IMG/VR virus record: IMGVR_UViG_3300032320_002821
Coordinates: 1 to 40,936 of that record
Source: a virus
Lineage: Duplodnaviria; Caudoviricetes
Direction: 5' to 3' (one strand)
Length of the DNA: 40,936 nucleotides
Below the pieces are notes generated by a model. The model saw only the letters and a program-made list of their open reading frames with translations, had not been told where the DNA came from and did no database searches. Positions 31,591-40,936 of this stretch are shown in pieces; within the stretch, counting starts at the first letter, position 1; the number at the start of each line of letters is the position of its first letter. The position numbers were made by a program, and so were the translations under genes.

Positions 31591-31989
31591 ATGATTGAAA
31601 AAATGATTATGTTTGCGGCATCTATTGCGTCCAGAGGTATTGGAAACAAAAAAACAGATATAGAAACAAAACAATTGAGAGTTGTTTCCTGTTTTGGTGG
31701 CGCTGGAGTTGAAACGGCTTGTCCATTTTTAAGAACTAGCAAACATGGTGACAGACATTTTTGTGGAAGGTGCGGGTGTGGAGATAAACAACACACCTGG
31801 CTCATCAAAAATGGAAGCGAGTATTCAAAATTGGATTATCCGGTTTTAAACTGTCCAGTCCACATGCCAGGATTCAGCAATTATGATCCAAATTATTCGG
31901 TTCCGGAAATCAAAGAACGCAAATCTCAAATAGAAGCTCTAGATCCCGAATTATTAAAAACCGTAGAAATTACTATAGGTGAAACTTAA
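31591..31989 (+). CDS. cysteine-rich hypothetical protein
   Basis: R...C...CP.L...C..CGC...CP pattern. Confidence 0.75.
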   Translation: MIEKMIMFAASIASRGIGNKKTDIETKQLRVVSCFGGAGVETACPFLRTSKHGDRHFCGRCGCGDKQHTWLIKNGSEYSKLDYPVLNCPVHMPGFSNYDPNYSVPEIKERKSQIEALDPELLKTVEITIGET

Positions 31990-32030
31990 AAACCTTGGTG
32001 GCATATTAATGTAAATGCATAAATATTTGC

Positions 32031-32861
32031 ATGGCCATTTCCACCAGACAAGAATTTATTGATTATACTTTTAGAAAACTGGGTGCTCCAGTAATTCAAA
32101 TAAACGTCGATCCGGAACAAGCAGAAGATCGATTGGATGAATCTTTGGAATATATGCAGGAAAGGCACTTTGATTTCAATCAAAGAGCACAATTTGTTAT
32201 TCCACTTGGACCAACAGCAGTAAGCAATCAATATTTGGATGTCAGTGCTTTTGGTTATGCAGTTGGTGCGCAGGGAGTAACCTCCGCATCTACAGGTGTT
32301 ACTGGTTTCTGGCCTGCTGCAGATGACATAGTTTCGATAACAAAGGTGTATAGCCCCAGTGACCAAGTTGGTGACTATATGTTTGATTTGCGATATCAAA
32401 TGACTTTATTTGATTTTTTTGGTTTATATTTTAACCAAGGCGGCTTGGCACAGGGACCGATGGCCACTTATATGGAAAGCATGCAATACATTTCATTGAT
32501 TAATGATGTATTCAATTACCCAGTATCGTATACATATACAAAAAGCACAAATAGGTTATTTTTGGAAACACAATGGTCTGATTTGGAAGCTGGCAATTAT
32601 GTTATGGTGGAAGCATATGTAAAAGTGGACCCGGACTATTATCCAAAAGCGTGGGATGACAGAGTTTTTAAACGTCATTACGCAGCTCTTTTGAAAAAAC
32701 AATGGGCACAAAATTTATTAAAATTTTCAGGGATGCCCTTGCCGGGCGGTGCTCAATTGAATGCACCTGCAATGATGCAAGAAGCTGTTAGAGAATTGTC
32801 AGAAATCGAACAAATGTTGACTAGAGCCTATGAAAACCCAGTTGATCCGATGATAGGATAA
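32031..32861 (+). CDS. gp13: neck protein gp13
   Basis: LGAPVIQINV..EQ.EDR.DE...HFD...K.QW..NL.KF.G..LPGG..LN. Confidence 0.95.
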   Translation: MAISTRQEFIDYTFRKLGAPVIQINVDPEQAEDRLDESLEYMQERHFDFNQRAQFVIPLGPTAVSNQYLDVSAFGYAVGAQGVTSASTGVTGFWPAADDIVSITKVYSPSDQVGDYMFDLRYQMTLFDFFGLYFNQGGLAQGPMATYMESMQYISLINDVFNYPVSYTYTKSTNRLFLETQWSDLEAGNYVMVEAYVKVDPDYYPKAWDDRVFKRHYAALLKKQWAQNLLKFSGMPLPGGAQLNAPAMMQEAVRELSEIEQMLTRAYENPVDPMIG

Positions 32862-32862
32862 T

Positions 32863-33540
32863 ATGGCTACAAATCCATACATCAATCTCACGAATTACCA
32901 GCCAGAACAAAATCTGATCGAGGATATCACAGTTGAATTGATTCAAGGGATTGGTCAGGATTGTTATTATGTGCCTCGAAAATATTTTAATATCGATCAA
33001 TTATTTGGTGAAGATCCGGCATCTTCATTTAGAAGATCATATGTAATAGAGATGTATATACAGTCTTTTAAGGGTTTTGATGGGACTGATGTTATCAGCC
33101 AATTTGGTCTTGAAATTAAAGACAAGATTAATCTTCTTATGGCTAGAAGAAGATTTAAGGAAGAGGTTACGGATATAGACAGGTCAATCACCAGACCACG
33201 TGAAGGAGATTTGATATACTTTCCGCTTTCAAAGTCTTTGTTTGAAATTAACTTTGTTGAACACGAAAACCCCTTTTATCCACTGGGAAAACTTTATTCC
33301 TATCAGATAACCGCCGAGCTCTTCACTTATAGCTACGAAAAAATTACCACAACCAATACCGATATCAACTCTCCATATACGATTACTACGGCTGGTTTGT
33401 GTGGCTCCACAATAATACCTAGAGCCAATAATCTGGGAACAACATACGGTATTAATGATATTTTGCAAACCGAAGGAAATTCATATGGATTTGATCCAAA
33501 CAATCCATTTGATGATTCGGGTTGCTCGGGAGGCATTTAA
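32863..33540 (+). CDS. gp14: neck protein gp14
   Basis: EQ.L.ED...E.I...G.D..Y.PR...FGED...FGL...RP.EGDLIYFP...LFEI.FVEHE.PFY.LGK. Confidence 0.95.
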   Translation: MATNPYINLTNYQPEQNLIEDITVELIQGIGQDCYYVPRKYFNIDQLFGEDPASSFRRSYVIEMYIQSFKGFDGTDVISQFGLEIKDKINLLMARRRFKEEVTDIDRSITRPREGDLIYFPLSKSLFEINFVEHENPFYPLGKLYSYQITAELFTYSYEKITTTNTDINSPYTITTAGLCGSTIIPRANNLGTTYGINDILQTEGNSYGFDPNNPFDDSGCSGGI

Positions 33541-34193
33541 TGTTTGGTTATTATTACAACCAAAATTTAAGAAAACTGGTAGTCGCTTTTGGGTCTTTGT
33601 TTAGTAATATTGAAATTACTCATACAGATCCAGATACATCACTGCCAACCAATATCAGAGTTCCTGTTCATTATTCTTCACAAGAAAAGTTTATTCAGCG
33701 TCTATTGCAACCATCATCGATAACTCCAGGGACACGCATTGAGCTGCAAGTTCCGATTATTAGTTTTAACATGAATAGTATTGCTGCAGATCCAGGTAGA
33801 CGCCTGAGCCGTTTTATACAAAATAATAATGTTGGGCAGGGCTGCGGTGGTTCCGGTAGTGGCATATCTAATCAGATACCAGTAAATGTATCTTTTAGTT
33901 TATTTGTCTACACAAGACACACTGACGATATGCTTCAGATAATAGAACAGATCATGCCTTATTTTGTCCCTGAACATGTTGTTACATTAGACATGAATGC
34001 TGTTCAATCTGACATGCAGATACCAATAATAATGGTATCAAACAATCTGACCGAAAGATATGAAGGTGATTTTTCTAGTAGACGTTTGAATGTAGCTTCA
34101 TTCCAGTTTTTGGCAAAATCATGGATATTTGGTGAAATTAAACCGGCTACGGGAATCACAGCATCGAATACGATTCCTATTATATTGGATTGA
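33540..34193 (+). CDS. gp15: tail sheath stabiliser/terminator gp15
   Basis: YYYN...RK.VVAFG.LF.NI...VP..Y...EKF...QI.EQI.PYF.P...YEGDF..RR. Confidence 0.92.
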   Translation: MFGYYYNQNLRKLVVAFGSLFSNIEITHTDPDTSLPTNIRVPVHYSSQEKFIQRLLQPSSITPGTRIELQVPIISFNMNSIAADPGRRLSRFIQNNNVGQGCGGSGSGISNQIPVNVSFSLFVYTRHTDDMLQIIEQIMPYFVPEHVVTLDMNAVQSDMQIPIIMVSNNLTERYEGDFSSRRLNVASFQFLAKSWIFGEIKPATGITASNTIPIILD

Positions 34194-34195
34194 AT

Positions 34196-34633
34196 ATGAA
34201 TATTAATAAAAATTTGGCAAAGTTGTTCGATGTTCCGGAACAACCTCAAACCAATAAACAATTGGCAGGCGGAACATACGATATAGCATCTTTTCAAAAA
34301 GATTATGCGATGGTACAATCAAATCTAAAAGATTTGATTGGTAATGGTAATGTTGCATTAGAAGCAGCTCTGAAGGTAGCCACAGAATCTGATTCACCCC
34401 GAGCATTTGAAGTTGTCGCAATACTGTTAAAAACAATGGCAGACCTTAATAACAATATGTTGGATATACATAAAAAAGCCAAAGATACAACTGGAACAAA
34501 GGTGGAAGTAAAACAGACAAATAATTCTGTTTTTGTTGGTTCAACAAAAGATTTGCAAAATCTCTTAAATAAAGATAGAAGTACGGAAAAGGATGTTGTG
34601 GAAGCGGAGATTATAGATGTTAAAAAACAATAA
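34196..34633 (+). CDS. gp16: terminase small subunit gp16
   Basis: DY......L..LI..G..AL......A.ES..PRAFEV...NN..FVGST.DLQ. Confidence 0.9.
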   Translation: MNINKNLAKLFDVPEQPQTNKQLAGGTYDIASFQKDYAMVQSNLKDLIGNGNVALEAALKVATESDSPRAFEVVAILLKTMADLNNNMLDIHKKAKDTTGTKVEVKQTNNSVFVGSTKDLQNLLNKDRSTEKDVVEAEIIDVKKQ

Positions 34634-36272
34634 AGAAGGCTACCGAAATAATTCAAAATTAAAACTTCCAGGGGTAGAGCTTCAATATACAGAAGAACAA
34701 TTAAAAGAATATGTAAAATGTGCAAAAGATCCGGTATATTTTTGTGAAAAATACATCAAGGTAAAAACACTGGATAAGGGAATCGTCCCCTTTAATTTAT
34801 ACCAATACCAAAAAAACTTCGTAAATGCAATCCACGACAATCGTTTTACGATTTCAAAATGGCCTCGTCAGTGCGGTAAGTCAACCTGTGTTACAAGTTA
34901 TATCTGTCACTATATTACATTTAACCAAAGCGTAAACGTAGCTATTCTTGCCAACAGACTAAAAACAGCCAAAGAAGAGCTTTTTTCCAAGCTTCAATTA
35001 GCTTATGAAAATTTACCACATTTTTTGCAACAAGGAGTTGTTGAGTGGAATAAGACAAGCTTTAAACTAGAAAATGGCTCCAGAGTAATGTGCGACGCAA
35101 CAAGCTCCTCGGCCATTCGCGGTGGTTCTTATAACCTCCTTCTATTGGACGAATATGCCTTCTTGCCAAGCCATGTAGCAGAAGAATTCTATACATCTAC
35201 CTATCCGACCATTTCTGCAGGTACGACAACAAAACTTATTATTGTTTCTACTCCAAATGGCATGAATCATTTTCATAAACTTTGGGTTGATGCCAAAAGA
35301 CCGGAAGGCCACAAATTAAAGAATAAATTCGTTCCCGTAGAAGTAACTTGGCGCGACACCCCAATTAGCCCAGGAAGTCCTAAACTACGTGACGATACTT
35401 GGGCTGCAGAGCAGATAGCCAACACAAGCGCAGACCAATTTGAACAGGAATATGGCTGCAGCTTCTTGGGATCCTCAAATACATTAATTTCCTCAAGTAA
35501 GTTGAATCTACTGGCTCCCGAGGAACCCATATCTGAAAATGCAGAAGGTTATAGAGTTTATGAAACCCCTCAAAAAGACAAAACATACTTTTTGCAAGCC
35601 GATGTCTCTCGGGGTCAAGGAATAGATTACTCTGCATTTACTGTAATTGAAGGTTCGCAAGCGCCATATAAAGTGGTCGCATCTTACAGAAATAACACTA
35701 TAAGCCCATTTAATTTTCCTACCGTAATATTAAATGCAGCAAAAGCATATAACAATGCTTATGTTTTAATTGAAACCAATGACCTTGGAGGTCAAGTATC
35801 AAATATTTTACATGTAGATCTTGAATATGAAAATGTTTTGATGACCAAGGTATTGGGTCGAAAGGGTCAGATTCTTTCGCAGGGATTTGGTGGTGTCGGA
35901 AAAAATGAAATGGGTATTCGTACCACGGCACAAACCAAAAAAATAGGTTGTGCTATATTGAAAAGATTAATAGAAGAAGATAAAATTTTATTAAATGACG
36001 AAAGAATAATTTCTGAATTAATGTCCTTTGTATCCAAATCCAATACGTATAAGGCCGACGATGGCCAGCACGATGATTTGGTCATGAGTTTGGTTTTCTT
36101 TGCATGGTTGACACGACAAGAATATTATGCCGATTTGGTTGAACAGGCTAAATTTAATTACGAAGAGGCTACTAAACCCGAAGATGATAATGTTTTATTT
36201 GTTCCAGATCCAAAGAATGATGACGACAATGATGAATTTGTGGCAGGGGGTGCAGTATGGTATCCTACATAA
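34617..36272 (+). CDS. gp17: terminase large subunit gp17
   Basis: PRQCGKST Walker A, LLLLDEYAF Walker B, STPNG, DVSRG.G.DYS and HDDLVM. Confidence 0.97.
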   Translation: MLKNNKEGYRNNSKLKLPGVELQYTEEQLKEYVKCAKDPVYFCEKYIKVKTLDKGIVPFNLYQYQKNFVNAIHDNRFTISKWPRQCGKSTCVTSYICHYITFNQSVNVAILANRLKTAKEELFSKLQLAYENLPHFLQQGVVEWNKTSFKLENGSRVMCDATSSSAIRGGSYNLLLLDEYAFLPSHVAEEFYTSTYPTISAGTTTKLIIVSTPNGMNHFHKLWVDAKRPEGHKLKNKFVPVEVTWRDTPISPGSPKLRDDTWAAEQIANTSADQFEQEYGCSFLGSSNTLISSSKLNLLAPEEPISENAEGYRVYETPQKDKTYFLQADVSRGQGIDYSAFTVIEGSQAPYKVVASYRNNTISPFNFPTVILNAAKAYNNAYVLIETNDLGGQVSNILHVDLEYENVLMTKVLGRKGQILSQGFGGVGKNEMGIRTTAQTKKIGCAILKRLIEEDKILLNDERIISELMSFVSKSNTYKADDGQHDDLVMSLVFFAWLTRQEYYADLVEQAKFNYEEATKPEDDNVLFVPDPKNDDDNDEFVAGGAVWYPT

Positions 36273-36306
36273 GAATACTAAATATTTGGAAGAAAAGGGA
36301 ACATAA

Positions 36307-37608
36307 ATGCCATCACTCAGCTCATTCGTAAGCTCAAACCAATATTCCACAGAAAGCACTACATTTCCATTAATTGCGGGAATGTTGATGGGTACTACGT
36401 ATAATCCCGGCATTACTTTTAATGGCACTTCTGGCGCTGTTGGAAACGATCCGGGTGGCATTTTTGGTTGGTTGGTATATTCAAGAAGCAATTTTTATAC
36501 ACCGGCAAAAGGAACTACTGCTGCCGAATATATCGTTTATACCACTCCACAGGAGCTGGTTGGTGACTTGAATAAGCTATCTGGGATTACTGCTTGTTTG
36601 ATTAGCAATCCAGGGCAAGGTGGTACATATGGGTTCTTTATCACTGCGGGAACCGAAGATAATATAATACAATTGAGCCCTCTACCTGCCGGAAAAGACT
36701 TTTTATATGCTATTTCATATCTAGCATATGGTGGTCGTTTGGTAATTAGCCCCAATACCTCCGGTTTTGACCAATATATAAGTGATTCTGAAACATACTT
36801 TGATGTTGTTATCGGTCAAGATGGAACGACATCCATGTGTCAGTGGCTTATAACCCAACCATATACTGCAGGAATATTTCCAACAGTACCAGCATCTGGT
36901 GTGACTGGTGCAGGTTACACCATGCAAAATTATGCAACATTATTCGGAAACAGTTCCTTGGTAAGTGGAACTACTGTTGCAAATAGAATTTTTAACGTAT
37001 GTGGGCTCAATACAATTAGTGATCTGGATACGACTTCTCTTCTTTCTGGTAGCAAAATAACATACACTCTGCCCGCAGTTTGTGATGTGGGTGGAGCATT
37101 TACCAGATCAAAAAATAGAAACGAAACTTATTTGACTGTAGCTGGAGTCGATAGATCAACCATCCTTAACGGTAATGTTATAAATCCAATTGATTGGAAC
37201 AGCACTATTAAATCTACATTACGCAACAACAAAGTAAATTTCTTTGTTAACTACAATCCTAAATTTTTAGGATCAGATATTGTTGGTGCCACTGCCACCG
37301 GTGCTTCTTTGACAAATTATGATAGAATCGGACCTTCACGCCTAAAATCTGCATTGGAAGAATCCATAACCTCGATTGCATTAAAATATCTTTTTGATAT
37401 CAACAATCCGCAAACACGAGCACAGGTAACGGCGGAAGTTCAAACGGCGATTGATCCATTTACTCCTTACATAGATACTGCAGCTACACAAATTATATGT
37501 GATTCGTCAAATAACGTGGATAATGCGTCTACACTGACTATTCAGGTTATTATCAAACCAATTTTGAGCATTGACTCCTTTGCAATCAATGTAACACTCA
37601 CACAATAA
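36307..37608 (+). CDS. gp18: tail sheath protein gp18-like (short, divergent)
   Basis: Between gp17 and gp19; YL.YGG.L, L..N.VN, DRI...RL...LF..N...TR and IICD.SNN...IKP..SI. Confidence 0.85.
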   Translation: MPSLSSFVSSNQYSTESTTFPLIAGMLMGTTYNPGITFNGTSGAVGNDPGGIFGWLVYSRSNFYTPAKGTTAAEYIVYTTPQELVGDLNKLSGITACLISNPGQGGTYGFFITAGTEDNIIQLSPLPAGKDFLYAISYLAYGGRLVISPNTSGFDQYISDSETYFDVVIGQDGTTSMCQWLITQPYTAGIFPTVPASGVTGAGYTMQNYATLFGNSSLVSGTTVANRIFNVCGLNTISDLDTTSLLSGSKITYTLPAVCDVGGAFTRSKNRNETYLTVAGVDRSTILNGNVINPIDWNSTIKSTLRNNKVNFFVNYNPKFLGSDIVGATATGASLTNYDRIGPSRLKSALEESITSIALKYLFDINNPQTRAQVTAEVQTAIDPFTPYIDTAATQIICDSSNNVDNASTLTIQVIIKPILSIDSFAINVTLTQ

Positions 37609-38153
37609 TGTCATCCTTTAACAATAGCATAATTTCATTTAAGGAAGGGTTTAATGGAGGAACGAGATCAAACCGTTTCGTAGTTATACCTTCTTGGCCA
37701 AGTCAAATAACAATTCCAAATGAAGATGCTAGATTTAAAATTGTATCAGCATCATTGCCAGCTACCCAAGTAAACACGATAAGTATACCCTATAGAGGAA
37801 GACAGATTACTTTTCCGGGAGATCGCCAGTATAGCACTTGGACTGTTGGCATTTATGATGACAATAACACAAACACTTTGTGGAAAGCTTTGCATAGGTG
37901 GGGTGAATTTATGGATGGTCATGTCACCCACACAGTTAGAAACGATAATTTTTCATATAGTCAACTTCAAACTACATGGACTGTAAGGCAATTGGATCAA
38001 AATGGTGGAATACTAAAAACTATTTACCTATATAAGTGCTGGCCATCGGTAGTAGGACAGATAAATTTAGATATGGGTGAAGTTGGTTTTGTTGGTTTTA
38101 GTGCTACACTCACATACGATTATATAAGAATCGAAGATAACTTTAACAGTTAA
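37608..38153 (+). CDS. gp19: tail tube protein gp19
   Basis: GG.R.NRF...ASLP......IPYRGR....GDR.Y..WT...QLD.....WP...F..T..YDY. Confidence 0.92.
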   Translation: MSSFNNSIISFKEGFNGGTRSNRFVVIPSWPSQITIPNEDARFKIVSASLPATQVNTISIPYRGRQITFPGDRQYSTWTVGIYDDNNTNTLWKALHRWGEFMDGHVTHTVRNDNFSYSQLQTTWTVRQLDQNGGILKTIYLYKCWPSVVGQINLDMGEVGFVGFSATLTYDYIRIEDNFNS

Positions 38154-38154
38154 T

Positions 38155-38676
38155 ATGCTAATAGAATTTAAAGACAATTTCTTTGGCGGAACGCGCTCAA
38201 ACCGATACAGAATATCTGGATCATTTCCAACTGGGGGTGGATTTACAGATTTTCACGTTAGAGCGACAACAATACCACAGGCTGCATCTCGCACCATAAG
38301 TTATGATTATTTTGGAAGAAAGTACCACTACCCAGGTGAAAAGGATTATGGCACCTGGTCATTCGTTGTCTGGGATGACACGGGAAACAATAACTTATGG
38401 GGAAGATTCCAAAAATGGCAGGATTTTATCAATAATCATGATACCAATATTTCTGCCGTAAACTCTAGAGACTATAAAGCAGACAACTGGACTATACAAC
38501 ACCTTGATTTGAATGGAAATGTTGACCCATTAAAGCAATGGACCTTAAACGGCTGTTGGCCTGCCGGAATACAGCCCATTAACCTAAACATGGGCAATCC
38601 AAACGTGTTAAATACTTTTAACGTGATAATCGTATTCGACTACATTCAAATTAAGGATATCACGGCAAACATATAA
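38155..38676 (+). CDS. second tail tube protein gp19-like
   Basis: GGTRSNRY...GR....PG..DY..W...HLD......CWP...F.V...FDY. Confidence 0.85.
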   Translation: MLIEFKDNFFGGTRSNRYRISGSFPTGGGFTDFHVRATTIPQAASRTISYDYFGRKYHYPGEKDYGTWSFVVWDDTGNNNLWGRFQKWQDFINNHDTNISAVNSRDYKADNWTIQHLDLNGNVDPLKQWTLNGCWPAGIQPINLNMGNPNVLNTFNVIIVFDYIQIKDITANI

Positions 38677-38684
38677 GGTGACAT

Positions 38685-40241
38685 ATGGAAATTGATTTAT
38701 TTGGCTTTCAGTTTGGTAAAAAGAATGAGACTCAAAAAGAAAAAGAGTCTCAAAGTATTCAATCGTTTACTGCACCAGAAGTTTATGATGGTACGGTAAC
38801 CGTTGAAGCTGGTGGATTTTTTGGAACGGTTCTCGATTATGCTGCTAGCATGCGAGACGAGCAAACTTCCGTAATTCAATATCGTAACATGTCAGTCTAT
38901 CCTGAATTGGATAATGCAATAGACGAGATTGTAAATGCATCAATAGTTCCAGGAACAGATCAACGTCCAGTTAAAATTGATCTATCTAACTGCCCAATTT
39001 CGGATAATATCAAAAATAAAATCTACAGAGAATTTGATAAAGTATTGCATCTGCTGGACTTTAATCATAAATCTTATGAAATTTTTAGAAGATGGTATAT
39101 CGATTCTAAGATTTATTATAATTTGGTAATCGATAAAGACCTTCCCATGGAAGGAATAAAAGAAATCATCCCAATCGATCCTCTGAAGATCAAAAAAGTA
39201 AGAAAATTAAAGAAAGAAATGGAAAAGGGGGCCAATGGAACTCCCGTCCAACTGGTAAAAGATATAGAAGAATTCTACGTCTATACAAATACAGACAAAG
39301 AATCATATATCATGACAGGACCACAGGGTCTTCATTTGTCACTTGATAGCGTTGTATATGTTCCATCAGGTTTAGTTGACTTGAATAGCAAGCGCGTATT
39401 GGGTTACCTTCACAAAGCAATTCGTCCACTGAACATGTTACGGCAAATGGAAGATGCTTTGTTGGTTTACCGTATTGCAAGAGCTCCAGAGCGAAGAGTG
39501 TTTTACGTTGACGTAGGTCAGCTACCGAAGCAAAAGGCCGAGCAATATATGCGTGATATGATGAGCCGTTTCCGTACCAGATTGATTTATAATCAGGATA
39601 CTGGAGAAATCAGAGACGAAAGAAAGTTTATGTCAGTTCTGGAAGATTACTGGCTACCTCGTAGAGAAGGTTCCAGAGGAACTGAAATTACAACACTTCC
39701 TGGCGCACAGTCACTTTCACAAATTGAAGATGCCGAGTATTTTAAGAAAAAGCTTTATGGAGCGTTGAATGTTCCTCTCAGCCGTCTGCAACCAGAAAGC
39801 AATGGGTTTAACATGGGTCGTTCTACAGAGATTACCCGAGAAGAAATAAAGTTCTATAAGTTTATAGAGAGATTGCGTTGGCAGTTCTCCAGACTGTTCA
39901 TGGATACCCTTAGAGTTCAGCTGTTGTTAAAGGGAGTCATGACCGATGACGATTGGAGAGAACTGAAGACGGATATTAAATTCGTATTCAATACAGACAA
40001 TTATTTCTGGGATCTCAAAGAAGCTGAAATCTTGGCAGAACGGCTTAAGATGCTTTCTTATGTTGAACCTTATATTGGAAAATATTTCTCCACAGATTAC
40101 GTCAAAACTCAAATTTTGAGATATTTGCCAGAAGAGCTAAAAGAATTAGAAAAACAAATGGCCACAGATCGACAACGAATTGCCCAAGAACAGGCAGCTC
40201 TTGCCGCTCAACAGGCCGCACAAGGACAGGTACAGGGATAA
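38685..40241 (+). CDS. gp20: portal protein gp20
   Basis: YLHKAI.P.N.LR..EDA...YRIARAPERRVFYVDVG.LPK.KAEQY; EDYWLPRREG.RGTEITTLPG. Confidence 0.97.
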   Translation: MEIDLFGFQFGKKNETQKEKESQSIQSFTAPEVYDGTVTVEAGGFFGTVLDYAASMRDEQTSVIQYRNMSVYPELDNAIDEIVNASIVPGTDQRPVKIDLSNCPISDNIKNKIYREFDKVLHLLDFNHKSYEIFRRWYIDSKIYYNLVIDKDLPMEGIKEIIPIDPLKIKKVRKLKKEMEKGANGTPVQLVKDIEEFYVYTNTDKESYIMTGPQGLHLSLDSVVYVPSGLVDLNSKRVLGYLHKAIRPLNMLRQMEDALLVYRIARAPERRVFYVDVGQLPKQKAEQYMRDMMSRFRTRLIYNQDTGEIRDERKFMSVLEDYWLPRREGSRGTEITTLPGAQSLSQIEDAEYFKKKLYGALNVPLSRLQPESNGFNMGRSTEITREEIKFYKFIERLRWQFSRLFMDTLRVQLLLKGVMTDDDWRELKTDIKFVFNTDNYFWDLKEAEILAERLKMLSYVEPYIGKYFSTDYVKTQILRYLPEELKELEKQMATDRQRIAQEQAALAAQQAAQGQVQG

Positions 40242-40242
40242 C

Positions 40243-40656
40243 ATGAACAAAGTAACCGACTTACTAATCAAGCATGGGATTGAAGGATTAATTTTGGAGG
40301 ATGATAATTCATTTAAACAAAATTTAATTCAAGCTCTTACCATGAAGCTTAATGAAAATTTTAAAGAATTAAAATTAGAGGTAAGTCAAAGTCTACTGCG
40401 TTCAACAAAAATTACTGGAGAATCAGAAAATTTAAATAAATTTGTTGAGTTTGTTGAAAATTTTAAACCAGGAAATTATACATTTAAAAATGCATCAAAT
40501 CTAAATATTTCCGATTCAGATATGGAATATATCAAAAAATTATTTGAATCGCTGAACCCAAAAAATCGAAATTTAATGGTTTCGGAGATATTTGAAGACA
40601 AAACAAAATTTGTACAAACTTTAGAGTTTGCCAAAAAAACAAAAAACCTACTATGA
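40243..40656 (+). CDS. prohead core protein (gp67/gp68-like; start MNKVTD)
   Basis: Between portal and protease; ESLN..N...M....F...LEFA. Confidence 0.65.
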   Translation: MNKVTDLLIKHGIEGLILEDDNSFKQNLIQALTMKLNENFKELKLEVSQSLLRSTKITGESENLNKFVEFVENFKPGNYTFKNASNLNISDSDMEYIKKLFESLNPKNRNLMVSEIFEDKTKFVQTLEFAKKTKNLL

Positions 40657-40814
40657 AAAACAATATCCGCCAAATGCTAAAGAATGTTATTGAAGAAAAT
40701 GCTGTAAACTTCAAGGACCAGACTTCCAAGGTTCTTTACGGTAAAGTTGGAGCACGCCTTCAAGAACAATATAAGACAGTTGCCAAGAAAATTTTCTCAA
40801 AGAAAGACGCCTAA
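40653..40814 (+). CDS. small prohead core protein (gp67-like, 53 aa; not in ORF track)
   Basis: MKNNIRQMLKNVIEENAVNFK...KVGARLQE.YK.VAK..F; coupled on both sides. Confidence 0.7.
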   Translation: MKNNIRQMLKNVIEENAVNFKDQTSKVLYGKVGARLQEQYKTVAKKIFSKKDA

Positions 40815-40936
40815 TGAAGCTTATCACCGAGTTAACAGAAGACATCAAATACATTAAGGAAAATGTAGGCTATGGAGAGAAGACATACTTCATTGAAGGT
40901 GTTTTCATGCAAGCCGAAACAAAAAACCGCAATGGG
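40814..40936 (+). CDS. gp21: prohead protease gp21 (partial, runs off the window)
   Basis: MKLITE...YFIEGVFMQAE.KNRNG. Confidence 0.92.
   Translation, partial: MKLITELTEDIKYIKENVGYGEKTYFIEGVFMQAETKNRNG

Noticed and set aside
34617-40241. Introns or inteins in terminase or portal
   Set aside because: Both ORFs are continuous and of ordinary T4-like length.
1-40936. Prophage or bacterial chromosome context
   Set aside because: No integrase, att site or host housekeeping block; the GC-rich part has phage-type small genes and promoters.

Overview
This window is part of a T4-like (Tevenvirinae/Kyanoviridae-like) myophage genome with two compositionally distinct parts. Bases 1-~8070 are GC-rich (roughly 60% or more by eye). 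They hold the end of a minus-strand tRNA cluster (Ile-UAU, Arg-UCU, Leu-CAA, Lys-UUU) interrupted by an HNH gene, and an early-gene array. In that array 12 genes have their own sigma70-type promoter with the ATG exactly 6 nt after the -10 box, which implies leaderless mRNAs. The array is punctuated by four copies of a nested inverted-repeat element (CTACTATCCG...hairpin...CGGATAGTAG). It also contains a promoter-driven structured ncRNA candidate and switches strand at a 33-bp inverted repeat. Bases ~8070-40936 are AT-rich. They carry accessory genes (deaminase, Sm-like, LysM muramidase-like, DenV-like, HNH, guaC, Dps-like, HTH), then gp33, gp32 and a T4-order morphogenesis block (gp26/51-like, 54, 4, 48, 53, hub, 25, 6, 7-like, 13, 14, 15, 16, 17, 18, two gp19, 20, core proteins, start of gp21) under TATAAATA/CTAAATA late promoters. 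Other highlights are a probable -1 frameshift fusing the gp26-like and gp51-like frames, a miniaturised baseplate and sheath, recurrent G-x-[T/S/C] motifs in virion proteins, and shared N-terminal capsid-targeting-like leaders. All calls come from reading motifs by eye; no database searches were run.
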